64,000 nt of DNA, taken from the NCBI RefSeq assembly GCF_009914755.1, contig NC_060929.1; one strand, written 5' to 3'. The notes below the pieces were generated by a model, which saw only the letters and a program-made list of their open reading frames with translations, was not told the origin of the DNA and searched no databases. Position numbers and translations under genes: made by a program. Of the stretch, positions 45,640 to 61,914 are shown piece after piece. Within the stretch, counting starts at the first letter, position 1. Every line of letters starts with the position of its first letter. This stretch comes from the human T2T-CHM13v2.0 reference genome, Homo sapiens.

Positions 45640-46566
45640 TTGTGTGAGAACATGCAAATATACAAATTGCCAAGTTGCTAAATGTCTGTTTATGTGTTTC
45701 CACAGAAGTGCTACTCTTCACAAGTGCCTAAAATGTAAAGATATATAGAAATAGGTATAAAGACCCAGGTATAGAGACACTAAATTATAATCAAATTAGA
45801 AAAGTAAAAGAAGTATATGTGTCTTATAGTACACACATTAATGGGGAAAACATTCTAGTTCGAATTTTAATTAACAGCTAAAAATTTAGAAAGTATTATC
45901 TGCTTTCAATGATAAAGTACTGAGTATATTTATTATTCAACTTATAAGTATTCCCAGATTTTATTAATAGGCTTATATTAGATTTGTTTTCTGTAAATTA
46001 AATCAACAAAGAAAATTAGCAACAAGCAGGGACTCCCTAGAAAAACTTTTATTTAAATTTTTAAAAATTATAAATTTAAAAGTTCTGTATAGAAAAAGAA
46101 GAACACATAAGTAAAGATACAAAATGAACTGGAAAAAATCCATGACATATATGACAAACAGAAAAGTAATATAATAAATATATAAATAATAATTTAAAAT
46201 CTATAATAAAAAGATTAATATCTAAATTAAAATGTGGGCAAAGGCCCTGAGTGGGCAAGTCACAAAAGAAAGAATTAAAATGTCCATTAAACATGTAAAA
46301 AGATATTCAACCTTACTTGTAATTGACAGAAAGCAAATTTTAAAAGAGGAGAGAAACTTTTGACCTAGAAAAGTCCCACGTGTTTTTAAACTGGTAATAT
46401 GAGGAGAGTTCAAAAAGCTCATGGAAAATGCATATTATAAAGAAACTATACATGGATTTCAAATTTTTTGCCCTCATACTAACTTGTAACATTCCTGAAC
46501 AGGATGTGGTTTGAAGCACTAAGAAGGATAAGATATCAGTTTGAAAACACCCAGTATCAGAACAAC

Positions 46567-47909
46567 ATGATTTCTGCTAAAATTGAAGCCAGAACAAACA
46601 TCAAATTTATGGTGAAGCTTGGGAGGAAGAATGGGGAAATCACTGATGGGATGAAATGGTGAGAAGATGAAGCCCACAGACAATCCACATCAATTTGAGG
46701 GGAAAAAATTAATCTTTTTGCTGCCCTAATTGAGGAGGACCAACAATTAACAGCAGAAACAATATTCAACACCATAGATATCTCAATTGGTTCAGCTGAC
46801 ACAATTCTGACTGAAAAATTAAAGTTGAGCAAACTTTCTACTGGATGGGTGCCAAAACTGTTGCACCAGATCAGCTGCAGACAACAGCAGAGCTTTCAAT
46901 GACAATTTTAAACAAGTGGGATCAAGATCCTGAAGCATTTCTTCAAAGAATTGTAACAGCAGATGGAACATGGCTTTACCAGTACAATCCTAAAGAGACA
47001 GTACAATCAAAGCAATGGCTACCAAAAAGTGGAAGTGATCTGGTCAAAGCAAAAGTGGACCAGTCAAGAGCAAAGGTCATGGCATATTAGTCTGTTCTCA
47101 CACTGCTATAAAGAACTACCTGAGACTGGGTAATTTATGAAAAAAGAGGTTTAATTGACTTACAGTTCCACAGACTGTACAGGAAGCATGGCTGGGAGGC
47201 CTCAAGAAACTTACAATCATGGTGGAAGGTGAAGGGGAAGTAAGCATGTGTTATCATGGAGGAGCACTAGAGAGAGAGAAGAGGGAGGTGCCACACACTT
47301 TCAAACAACCAGATCTCATGAGAACTCACTATCATGAGAACAGGAAGGGGAAAACTGCCCCCATGATTCAATCACCTCCCACCAGGCCCCTCTCCCAACA
47401 CATGGGGATTACAATTCGACATGAGATTTGGGCGAGGACACAGAGCCAAGCCATATCACATGGCAACAGTTTTTTGGAAGGCGCAAAGCATTTTGCTCGT
47501 TGACTTTCTGGAGGACCAAAGAACAGTAACATCTGCCTATTATGAGAGTGTTTTGAGAAAGTTAGCCAAAGTTTTAGCAGAAAAACACCCAAGAAAGCTT
47601 TACCAGAAGAGGTCTTCTCTGCTCTGCTCATTCCTCTTGTCAAACAAAGACAATTTTGTAAGAATTTCGATGGAAAATCATTAGACATCTGCCTTACTCT
47701 TCTATTTGGCTCCTCATGACTTCTTTTTGTTTCCTAATCTTAAAATATCTGTAAAGGGCACCCTTTTTTCTTCAGTTGATAATGTGAAAAAAACTGTTTT
47801 GACATGATTAAATTCCAAGGTCACTCACTTCTTTAGGGATGGACTAAATGACTGGTATCATTGCTTACAAAATTGTCTTGAACTTGATGGAGCTTATGTT
47901 GAGAACTAA
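46567..47909 (+). pseudogene. Hsmar2 transposase, disrupted
   Basis: MISAKIEARTNIKFMVKLG.., LNKWDQDPEAFLQRIVTADGTWLYQY, AKVM|ATVFW, SAYYESVLRKL, ..LELDGAYVEN*; internal deletions and an LTR insertion. Confidence 0.9.
47083..47458 (-). mobile_element. MSTA solo LTR inside the Hsmar2 transposase
   Basis: Minus strand starts TGATATGGCTTGGCTCTGTGTCC; perfect 5-bp TSD CATGG (47078-47082, 47459-47463). Confidence 0.9.
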
Positions 47910-47939
47910 AGTTTATATATTTTTATTTTTATCTTTTAA

Positions 47940-48092
<153 letters not shown>

Positions 48093-49573
48093 TGAAATTT
48101 TGAATCCCCTCATACATAGTATTGGTGATATTGGTCTCAATACAAGCACTCCCATTTTGTGAGTCAGGGTATAAACTGACTATACCTTTCTGGAGGGCAA
48201 TTTGGCAATATTGTGTCAAGACATAAATATGCCTACCCTTTGATGCGACAATTCCAATTCCAGGAATTAATCCTAAGGAAATCATCAAATTAATGATCAA
48301 AAATACATACTTATACATGTTATGTAAATATAAACATAAATATGCGTGTGTGTGTGTGTGTGTGTGGTGGTATTGTATGTAAGATTCCATAAAACTTGAA
48401 AAAACCCAAATCTCTAAAAAAACAGGATAAATTAAATAATTTACTATGGCACTCTCAAATAATGAAATGAGCAACTATTTAAAATGAAAATGTAGAATTA
48501 CATTTATTAACAAAAATTTTAAGGTATATTATTGAGAAACTAAGTTTTGAAACAGTTTTGGTCCTTTTTTTGTAAGAAATGTGTGTAACAAAAGTTTAGA
48601 GTTATGCTAAAATAAGAACATTAGTTGTCTCTGGGCAATGAGATTTTATATAATTTTTTTCTTGCTACCGTTCTGTATAGTTTAACTTTTTGGCAGTGTA
48701 TGTATTATCTTTATAATCAGAAAAAGATCTCAACTTTATCTTATTGATATTCTTTTCCCCAATTCCCCAATTTTAGGAGCAGCAAAAAACATGACCCTAC
48801 AAGTCAAACTGTTGACTACTGAACCTTCAAATTATTAATTATTGCCCTAACAATTCCCTCCTCTCTATTGGAAATACTCAATTTCTAAATTGCAATGTCT
48901 AACTTTCCCTTAATCTGTAGAACACAAGAAATCAATGTGAGTGACAGGAGTGACAGGTATTTATGTTTCTTTTCCTTTCCCAACACTTCTAGCACAGTTC
49001 TGCTGGAAATACATATGGTATTTATTCAACAAACACTGCTTCAATTGTAGTATCACAAGGATCCTGGAGACTTCCCAGTGTGGTCCATGGTAATGTGATA
49101 TCAGTTAAAGAACTAAGTTGTTGGATTATCCAAAATAATAAAATAAATTATACTTCCCTGAGGTTTCTTCTACATCTAATTGATTAACACAAAACAAAGC
49201 TACATTATAATATACAGAAGAGGAGGATTTTTCTGATTCACAAATGACATAATTTATAAAATAGCAAAGCCATCACACTGATGGGACTGTTGTTTTTCTA
49301 CATTACTTAGCAATCATGAAGCATGACAATATGAATTTTTTTGGGTGTTTTATAAAAACTTCTTAGAAGAGTTGGACGTAAAGATTACCGATCAGAATAC
49401 TACCCTTTAAGACCTTTCCTCCTCATCCACTGAAAAGATACCAGCTAGAGCACTGGGAACCCACCAAGCAGACCAAGTGGAGGGCAGTGGTTTTAGGTAT
49501 CCAGGTTGTGAGCAGCACATGGGCATGTTCACCTAGTAGACTTGCACCCTAGTATCTTTTAACACAATAAATG

Positions 49574-49920
49574 CAGTTGGCTCTCCATATCAGTGGGTTC
49601 CACATCCATGGATCAAACCAACTGCAGATCAAAAATATCCAGACAGGAAAAAGTTGGTGGTTGCATCTGTACTGAACATACACAGACTTGTTTTCTTGTC
49701 ATTATTCCCTAAATAATACAGTATAGCAACTATTTACATAATATTTGCATTCCATTAGGTATTACAAGTAATCTGGATATGATTTAAAGTATTTGGGAGG
49801 ATGTATGTAGGTTGTATGCAAGTAGTATACCATTTTATATGAGGGATTTGCACATCCCTGGATTTTGGTATCCAGCAGGGTCCTGGAACCAATCTCCCAC
49901 AGATACCAAGATACCACCAT
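49574..49920. mobile_element. MER2 (Tigger-derived MITE)
   Basis: CAGTTGGCTCTCCATATC..GTCATTATTCCCTAAATAATACAGTATA..GGTCCTGGAACCAATC; ~345 bp. Confidence 0.8.
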
Positions 49921-50419
49921 ACAAAAATTATATTATCTATTCTGTATAGTTTAACTATCCATTCTGTATAGTTTAACTAGTATTATCCATTATGCACCAT
50001 TCATTTTTAAAACTGGATATACTGGATTATAGGATCTGCAAGCCATTAATATACTGGATTATATTGCCAATTTTTTGCCACTGACTCATCTTTCACTACA
50101 GAACTCACTACATTGCAGAGTTTTTATATCCTTATCAGTAATGTTAAGAAAATATGTAATCCTTGAAGAGTTTTGTTTTTAAATTACTAGACTGATCACT
50201 AAATAGCATGATGTCATTTGAGGCTCTGTTGCATTTATTACTGTGCTCTTTAGTGAGGGAAGAGTTCTTCATTTTCATCCAAAATTTTGTTTTTCTAATT
50301 TGAAAGTCATACAGGCTGAAAAAGACATTGTAACAAACCATAAAGGTATAAAGAAATGAAAACAACCCATACTATACCATTCTCAAATAGGATGAGTGTT
50401 TTGTACATGTCTTATAGCC

Positions 50420-50655
50420 AAAAGGTTAAGTGGGCAGGCTGGTGAAACCATAGTGCCCAGGGTTCAAATCCCAGATTTGCCAGTTACTAGTTCTGTGCCC
50501 CTAAGCAAGTGGCTTTGTGATTCAGTTTCTGAAGAGAAGGGAGGAGGGAATTAGTAGAGAAGAACTTTTAATGGGTGGTTATGAGAATTAAATAGGTTAA
50601 TATATATATACAAGTGCTTGGAACAGTGCCTGGCACATGGTCTCATGTTAACTAT
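50420..50655 (+). mobile_element. MIR
   Basis: GGTTCAAATCCCAG..GAGAATTAAATAGGTTAAT..AGTGCCTGGCACAT core. Confidence 0.65.
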
Positions 50656-53600
50656 AGCTATTATTTCTATTTTGAATTTATACATTAAATATATGGAATA
50701 TACACATATGGAATCATATTGTTTGGCATCCTGCTTTTTCACTTAACAAATTACCTTGAGCATCTTTTTTTACCTTTTTTAAAATTTTTTCATGTAAATT
50801 AATATAGAATTGTGTAATCATTTTAATCACTACATAGCATTAAATTGCAGAGATGTATAAAATTCTGTAACCAATCAGAGGAAACCATTGTAAAGGCTCC
50901 ATTCCATAATATAACCTCATCATGAAGATCAAACTGGGTTATTAAGCAAAAAAAGTGAAAGTATAGCCTGCTACTAAATCTTTAAAGTTTTTTACCAGCT
51001 TCACAAATTAGTGTCAAGAGGAAGAAGGACAGTGGGGAAGAGGCAGAGGGGAAGAAGGAGGCACACAGTGATTTTTTAAAAAGAGAGTTCTTTTAAAACA
51101 AAAAACTAATGTGCAATCCTTATAGCTCTCCTGATTGTTTATCCTCAGAAAATAACATCAAAGGCTCTTCAAAATCTCCTAAGTTAGTACCACTTGCTTT
51201 GGCTGATTTCATCACCTAAAAGATCTTACTTCAGATTGTTTCAGGGGAGAAACTGTCCCTCAATTAACCCTGTTGTCAGCAACACATGAAAAATAACCAT
51301 GAAACAGAGCTATTTATAAACTGAATTTTGTAAGAAGAGGACCAAAAAGACTGATCTCAGATATTTGGGGTATAAAATACAGAGAGCATTTCAGTATATA
51401 TTTCTATATAGAACTTTTTTTTTTGTCATGGGAGACTATAAAGTTTATGATCTTACAGGAATTTTTATTGCTGATGTATAGTATCTACAATGCTGATGTA
51501 GAAAAAAAATCATCTTCTCTGCCTTATCACCCAAGGTTTGAGTTCATGGTCATATCAAACTTCCAGACCAACCTTCCAAATTTTAAGGCCACGTTCTTAT
51601 AGTATGGGGAGGATTCATATGGTCAGGAATATCATTGCAACAATCTTAAAGACCAGTCCAAAAAACCCTCTCAGTTTCAGAAATATTTCAAAACTCTTCC
51701 ACATTCTTCAAAATCACAGGTTTGTGCTAAATCTGAAAAACAAAAGTATACTACTCTTTTTTCTATACGTGAAGATAACTTTATTGACCAACCTTCAGGC
51801 CCAGTGCTTTGGACTCGACCAGGCTCATTCACATCTGTGATGGATTACAAAGGACATGTGTTTTCAAGGCTAGAATTTAGTTTGTGACCATGGAATAGAA
51901 AACTTTAGTTAAGGGAGACCAAATGTTAAGCTCTGGTCTTATTTTTATATATATATACCAACCAATGATTCCTAAACTAGCCATGACTAATAATCCCCTG
52001 GGAAATTTTCAATGCAGATTCTCAGGTCCAACCCCAAACCTATAGAGTTGAAAACTCCAGGACCAAAACCTAGGATGTATTTATAACAGTTTAACACATA
52101 TAATATATATACTTATGATATATATTACATATGTATAATATATATATATTTCCTCAAGAAATATTAATGCAAGACAGCACATATCCATCTATGGACTGGA
52201 ATTTGGGAGGTACTGCTCTAACTACCTGGGTTAGACAGTATATTCATTTAGACAAATATTTCTAAGAAGTTACTGTGGTTATGTCTCTGGTGATACAAAG
52301 GAAATAAGTGTGAAATCCCTGTAAACAAGCTACTGAGTCAGCATTCCAGCATTCCCCAAAATGTTTTCCATGAGATGTTTATAGGTATTACATTTAAAAA
52401 GGGATTCATGATCAAATAAATTTGGTAAACTCTGGATTAAGCAAATTTAACTCATTTCTTTACTTCGGAATTTTTCAGGGACTTTAATATGTTGTGTCTT
52501 TCCAAGAAGGAAGTCAAACTTCTCTCTACATGGAATTCTTTTTTCACAGAGTATGTCTTAGAACAAATGTTCCAAAGAATACAGTTTTGGAAGTGCTGAA
52601 CTAGATTATCAATTTCTTATGGACAATGATCATGACTTTCTACATTTTTCAACTGCTTGTAGTACCTAAAACAAAGATTACTAGTACATGGAAAGTCAGT
52701 TGGTCAAATGAATTCTCACAATCTGAAGGGTAGGTTTATTATCCAAGATGTTAAGGAAATGGAGGCTGAAAAAGCATTAAAGATTGCCTGTGCCTACAGA
52801 GTAAATCGGTCGTTTATTCCATTACTTTTTTGAATTTCATTTCTTCTTTTGGAGTGTTGGCTCATATTTATGCCCCCAGTAAAGCAATGGCTTACTTGTG
52901 AACTGCCAATTTGTCTCTTACTAACATTTTTAAATTAGCCTTCATAGATGCTAATAATTTTACTCAGAAGAAAGCTGTGTCTGTGGAATGATGTTAGAAC
53001 TGTGACAGCAGAAACACCATAGGAGCCAAGGAGCTTAGCATGCCTCAAAAGGTGAGAATGGTACACATATGCACCAGTTTTTCTTATCAAAACGTATCAG
53101 CGCTTGTACAGGAATACAAGAAGAACACTGAGGAGAATAATCACAGCCTAAGGGAAACAGCATGGTAGTCTTGTAGCTACTTCCAGCATAAGGACCTTGC
53201 TGGGCATTATCTGCCAGGCTGTGGTGCGGGAAACCATTATACAGCATGGAAAAGTGAACTTGGCAAATGAAGGATAGGAGGAAAATCAAAAGAACAGTTT
53301 CTGTCATCAATTCTCCTTTTCCAGGACTGAAGCAAACTTGTTTGATATTTTTAGTTTGCTTGATTCTGAATGGCATGAAAATGCTTCCATTTCACTGGGG
53401 GAGGGCCAGCTGGAGTGAAAATCAAATGGCTGAGAACTGAGGTTTTACGTTTTATCTTTTAATATAGGAAAGAAAAGAAAAAAGACTCTATCTCAGAGTG
53501 GTTAGAAACCAAATTGTTTTTTATAGTCTGCATCCTGCTTCGATGAAATGGGGGTGGTTTTCATGATGTCATCCACATGGTTTAAATAAACAGTATACTA

Positions 53601-54005
53601 AGGTTAACAAGCTACAATCATAACAGAACTAGTAGGGGATTATAGCTGGGCTAATTTGATCAATTACTTTCAGTTCCAGAGGTCTCTAGATGAGACAGAA
53701 GCCAGTATACACATTTTGGCAGATGAAAAATTAGTTTGGTCAACACATACCCTGATGGTAATGAACATTCTTTCAAACTTCATTTTTCATCCCCAAGAGA
53801 GGAGAATCCCACTAATGCCAGTCACTGCCACTCAAAACCAGCCAAAAAGATAACTGTATTTTAGGAGCCAGAAATTTGCATTCCATGGGGTAGGCTAGGA
53901 CTAGTCTTTTAGCTCCTCCATTGTGCCTGTGTTATATTTTAAGTTTTCCTCTCATTATTTTTCTCTTCAAAATTAATTGAAACTAGGAATAACTATCTAA
54001 AGTTT

Positions 54006-54315
<310 letters not shown>

Positions 54316-54364
54316 AACCATCTAAAGTTTTTAGTCATTCTATGCTATGCCTTCAACAGTTGAT

Positions 54365-55237
54365 ATTTTTGTTTTTATTTTTTTTTCCATAGCACGTTTG
54401 TTTGTTTGTTTGTTTCCATAGCATGTTTGTTTGTTTGTTTTTTCCATAGCATGTTTGTTCTGGGATACATGTGCAGAACCTGCAGGTTCATTACATAGGT
54501 ATACATGTGCCACAGTGGTTTGCTGCACCTATCAACCCATCATCTAGGTTTTAAGTTCTGCATGCATTAGGTATTTGTGTTAATGCTCTCCTCCCCTGCC
54601 TCCTACCTCCGGACAGGCCCTGGTGTCTGATATTCCCCTCCCTGTGTCCATGTGTTCTCATTGTTCAGCTTCCACTTATGAGTGAGAACATGCAGTGTTT
54701 GCTTTTCTGTTCCTGTGTTAGTTTGCTGAGGATGATGGTTTCCAGCTTCATCCATGTCCTTACAAAGGACATGAACTCATTCTTTTTTATGGCTGCATAG
54801 TATTCCATGGTATATATGTGCCACACTTTCTTTATGCAGTCTATCATTGATGGACATTTGGGTTGGTTCCAAATGTCTTTGCTATTGTAAATAGTGCTGC
54901 AGTAAACATATGTGTGCATGTGTCTTTATAATAGAATGATTTATAATCCTTTGGGTATACACCCAGTAATGGGATGGCTGGGTCAAATGGTATTTCTGGT
55001 TCTAGATCCTCGAGGAATTGCCACACTGTCTTCCACAATGGTTGAACTAATTTACACTCCCACCAACAGTGAAAAGCGTTCCTATTTCTCTGCATCCTCG
55101 CCAGCATCTGTTGTTTCCAGACTTTTTAATGATCGCCATTCTAACTGGAGTGAGATGGTATCTCATTGTGGTTTTGATTTGCATTTCTCTAATGACCAGT
55201 GACAATGTGCTTTTTTTCATGTTTCTTGGCTGCATAA
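54365..55237 (-). mobile_element. 5'-truncated L1PA7/8-like 3' end
   Basis: ORF2 C-terminus ([14 protein letters not shown]) and 3'UTR; the tail region carries a tandem repeat. Confidence 0.88.
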
Positions 55238-55261
55238 AAGTAAACAGTTTTTTAACTTTTT

Positions 55262-55678
<417 letters not shown>

Positions 55679-56172
55679 TAACCCTAGTACTCATTAGTTA
55701 TTTTTCCTGATCTTCTCCCTCCTCTCACCTTCCACCCTCTGAAAGGCCAGAGTGTGTGTTGTTCCTGTCTATGTGTCCATGTGTTCTCACCTTTTAGCTC
55801 CCAGTTGTAAGTGAGAACATGTGCTGTTTGGTTTTCTGTTCCAGTGTTAGTTTGCTAAGGATAATGGTCTCCAGCTCCATCCATGTCCCTGCAAAGGACA
55901 TGATCTCATTCTTTTTTATGGCTACATAGTATTCTATGGTGTATATGTACCACATTTTCTTTATCCAGTCTATCATTGATGGGAATTTAGGTTGATTCCA
56001 TGTCTTTTCTATTGTGAATAGTGCTGCAACGAACGTAGGCATGCATGTGTCTTTATAATAGAATGATTTCTATTGCTTCAGGTTTATACCCAGTAATGGG
56101 ATTGCTGGGCCATATGGTATTTCTGTGTTTAGGTCTCTGAGAAATTGCCACACTGTCTTCCACAATGGCTGA

Positions 56173-56563
<391 letters not shown>

Positions 56564-58694
56564 ATTTTTTTACTTTTTAATAATAGTCATTCTGACTGAT
56601 GTTAGATGGTATTTCATTGTGGTTTTGATTTGCATTTCTCTAAAGATCAGTGATGTGGGGCTTTTTTTCATATACTTGCTGGCCACATGTATGTCTTCTT
56701 TAGAAAAGTGTCTGTTCATGTCCTTTGCCTACTTTTTAATGGAGTTTTTTGTTTTTTTCTTGTAAATTTGTTTAAGTTCTTTATAGATGTTGGATATTAG
56801 ACGTTTGTCAGATGCACAGATTCAAAAGTTTTCTCCCATTCTGTATGTTGTCTGTTTATTAAGCAGTTTTATATCCGTGGAGTATATGAAGGAACTGAGC
56901 AATGAGCTTTAGATACATGACTTTATCAGCTTTGTAAGATGCTGAATATAAAGAAATGATTTTTAGTATGTAAATAGAAGAAATGGATGATGAAGAAAAG
57001 CAAGTTATTTAAATTCCACAATTGCCTACTATTTAAAAGGCACTAGCTTGGTGGTACACGGTACTTACAAAATTGTATAAGTCATGGATCTGACTTGATT
57101 GTCTCCTAGGGGAGATGCCATCCACACCACAAATTATAACACACAGTAGATATGCCACAGAAGAGTGACAAAAATTTGACTCCTCATTCCAAAGTCAAAA
57201 GATTACAAGATCTCATTTGGGGTCAGGAATCAAGAAAAAATTCTGGGAAGAGCTTTCATTTGAGATGTTCAGGCCATGATATAGACATTTTAGCATAAGG
57301 AATAAGTCATAGGTAGCATGAAGCAGGGAATTAGGGAATGCCCAGGGAATGCTGAGGAGGACCTTTTGGTTTGCCCAGAGAATTGTGCTCCTAGAAGGCA
57401 GAGATCAAGACAGAAAAGTAAGTTGTAATCACTTTTGAAGGACTTTGGATTCCATAGGATTTGAATTTGGACAAAATAGTATAGGGAGTTGTTGAAAGTT
57501 TTTGAGAAAAGCCTATCGGAGTGAGAAGAATTATTTCAGAAACAATATCCATTCTCTAGCACAGTTGAGAGAGCTCAGAGGTGGGGCAAGTCAGAAGCTG
57601 TTATCACAGTAACTCTAGTTGAAAGATAATGAGAGTCTAAATTGGGCTAGTGGCAGTGGAAAATGAAAAAAAACCACAAAGGTTTTATACAAGGAGAATG
57701 TATAGGACTTGACCACTCGTTGTGGAATAAGAGAGATTGAGGAATTTTAAAAACTGGATTTCAAACTTGGGTGGATAAAACAATGGTGGTACCAACAATA
57801 GTGACATAAAAAATGAGAAAGTGGGGCTCTTTTGGTGGGTTTGGTTAGGTATCTTTGGAATTTGGGTGCTCCAATAACATCTAAAAACTTATAAAAACTT
57901 AGAAAGAGTAGTTGAGGGGAGATATACTGAGGGGGTTGAGAATCTGTTGAAGCAGAACAGAGTGTGAGTCCCCTCCAGAAAGAATTTTGGGTTCTATTTA
58001 AGAAATATTGAATGAGTTCCTAATAGTGCCAGGGACTGTGCCGGGCATAGTAAGGAAAACAAATATACAAAACAGATCCCTTAAAAAGTTCAGCATCTAG
58101 TAAGTTTCTCGTTCTGCTTCTATCACTTATTTGCTGTATAACCTAGGGAAATTAACAGTTCGGGATTGTTCATTTTGCTTCTATTCTGGGAATATTGCCG
58201 TGTACATGCTTAACCACTTAGGTGGTGGTGATAGATTTGCCAGGTGTAAAATTTTTTAGCATCATGGGGGAGCTCATGGGAAATGTTATTATGAACAGTC
58301 ATAAGGGCTAGTGGAGGCAAGGAATTAGGTGATAGCCAAAATCCCAGTCAGAGTGGAGGAGCACAACACATGGGAAACATTTAGAGAAGTCTCTGAGGTT
58401 AGAACCGAAGCCAAAGCCTTCCACTAGTGCGTCACTTTCCGACAGTGCAAGCCAGCAGTGGCCTTGAAGCACTCCCATGCTGAGCTTAAGCACTGGATCC
58501 AGAAGCCAGAGGAATAACATAGACATTTCTAAAAAGGAACCCTGTATAGTAGAGGACAGTAGAGAAGTGTGAAAATTGCAGGTATCTTCACACTGTGCTG
58601 GTGTTTAGTCATTCAGTTGATACTTATTGAGTACTTACTGTGTGCTCAGGGCTACTTTCTGAGTGTACAATAGTGAGCAAAGCAGACATGTTCC

Positions 58695-59068
58695 TGCCTC
58701 AGTTTATTTGCATTGTGATAAAGGAACACCTGAGGCTAATTTATTGAAGAAGCATGATGCCAGCATCTGCTTCCTGTAAGGACCTCAGACTGCTTCTACT
58801 CATGGTGGAAGACAAAGGGGAGCCCATGTGTCGTATGATGAGAGAGGGAGAAAGAGGGAGGAGAGAAGGTGTCAGGCTCTTTTTTAACAGTCAAATCTCC
58901 TGGTAACTAACAGACTGAGAACACACTCATTACCATGAGGACAGCACAAGGCTTTTCATGAAAGATCAGCCTCCATGACCCAAACACCTCCCACTAGGGC
59001 TCACCTTCAACATTGGGGCTCAAAATTTCAACATGAGATTTGGAGGCAACAAATATTCAAACTATATT
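58695..59068 (-). mobile_element. MaLR LTR (MSTB-like), probably inserted into an L2 fragment
   Basis: CCAAACACCTCCCACTAGG..TTTCAACATGAGATTTGGAGG..CAAACTATA. Confidence 0.72.
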
Positions 59069-59479
59069 GGTCCCTGATTCATGAAGTTTGTAGGCTATTG
59101 AGGAAGACCACTATTAATCAAATTTTTACTTGACTGTAATAGGTGCTATAAAAAAGAAGGATACAGTTCAGCGAGAACCTCTAAAAGGAGGGTTTTCATT
59201 TAGATTGAAGTATCCAAAGAGCTGCTCCAAGTGAATTATGTTTGAGCAAACAGGGGATGGAGGTGGCCTTCAACAAAGTCCTTTATTGAAGTGAGAGATG
59301 AGGGGTGGACCGCCAGACAGATCTATTCCTATTCCTGGTCACTAGAGCATCCAATTATAGAATCCTGAAGGAATAAAATATCAAAAGGTCCAAAAACACC
59401 AAAGGTGAACCCAGTGACCTAAATACAGAGAGAACAGGAAATTATTCAAAGTCTAGTCATGCTTATTACAGAGGCTCTA

Positions 59480-59720
59480 GCACATAGTGGTAAAAACCAG
59501 AGTCTGGTATCAAACCAAAACTGAAGTCTGGCATTAAACCCCATGTGACTTGGACAAATTAGTAACTCTGTGTAAGCCTCAGTTTCCTCCTCTGTAAGGT
59601 AGAAATAATAAGAGTCACATACCCCTGTGACTGTTAAGAGAATTAAATAAAATAATTCATCAAACTTATAGCACAATTTCTTACACTATCCTTTAATAAA
59701 TGTTAGGTGTTATCATCATC
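59480..59720 (+). mobile_element. MIR
   Basis: TGTGACTTGGACAAATT..GCCTCAGTTTCCTCCTCTGTAA core. Confidence 0.65.
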
Positions 59721-59734
59721 TTGGATAAGGATTT

Positions 59735-60560
59735 TTTACTGAGGTATACACTGATCCAGATACCATAAAATTCACTCTTTTAAAATGTGCAGTTTGGTGC
59801 ATTCAGTACATTCACAAAGTTGTACAACCATCACTATCTAATTCCAGAACATTTTTATCAGCTCAAAAATAAGCCTCATATCCATTAGACACTTCCCTTC
59901 CCCTTTCCCTCCAGCCCCTGGCAACCACTAACCTACTTTCTGTCTCTATGGATTTGTCTATTTCAGACATGTCATATAAGTGGAATCATGTAATATATGG
60001 CCTTTTGTGTCTACTGAGCATAGTGTTTTCAAGGTTCATTCCTGTTGTATCATGTATTCATACTTCTTTCCTTTTTATGGCTGAATGATATTCCATTGTA
60101 TAGATATAATGTATACATTATTAGTATACAAGTTTTTGTGTGAACATATGTTTCCAATTCTCTTGGGTATATATCCAGAAGTGGAATTGCAGGATCGAAT
60201 GGTAACTCTGTTTAACTTTAGGGGGAAGTGCCAAACTGTTTCCCAAAGCCGTTGCATCATTTTACATTCCCACAAGCAAAGCACGAGTATCCCAATTTTT
60301 CCACACCCTCACCAACACTTGTTATTGTCTGTCTTTTTTATTTTAGCTATCCTGGTGAGTGTGAAGTGGTATCTGGTTGTGGGTTTGATTTGCATTTCCC
60401 TAGTGACTAATGATATTTATTGAGCATCTTTTTCATGTGCTTATTGGCCATTTATCTACCTTCTTAGAAGAAATGTCTATCCACACATTTGCCCATTGTT
60501 TAATTGGGTTATTTGTTCTTTTATTGTTGAGTTGGATACGGATGTTATTTAAAAATTTTT
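59735..60560 (-). mobile_element. L1MB-type 3' fragment
   Basis: CCAGCCCCTGGCAACCACTAA..GTTTGATTTGCATTTCCCT. Confidence 0.8.
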
Positions 60561-60640
60561 GGACACACTAAGGAAACTGCATTTCCAGAGAGAGACACAC
60601 CATGCAGGACTGAAAATGGTTAGTCTAAGGGGATTCATGA

Positions 60641-61616
<976 letters not shown>

Positions 61617-61914
61617 CCAGAGTACTAATAAATATGGACCATTTAGAAAAGAGGTCTTCTTGCCTCTTGTACATGACTTTTTTCTCCTTTGTCTCATTTT
61701 AACGCAAACATCTGGGGCTGTGTCTCTGATTTCCATGGAAATGTTGCAAAAAGATTTTTCCAAGTAGAGCTGGGCACTATGCAATCAGCCCCACAATTCT
61801 TCCTGAGAAGCCTTCCTAGTCCCTTACATGGCCAATGAGACTCCCAAATTCCCTTCCCAAAATTATCCTGATTTTCTAAAAGTAGAACAGTGGTTTTGGG
61901 AGTTATCCACTTTA

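Noticed and set aside
53035-53376. 113-aa ORF in unique DNA as a possible pseudogene or exon
   Set aside because: No recognisable domain or family; the length is compatible with chance.
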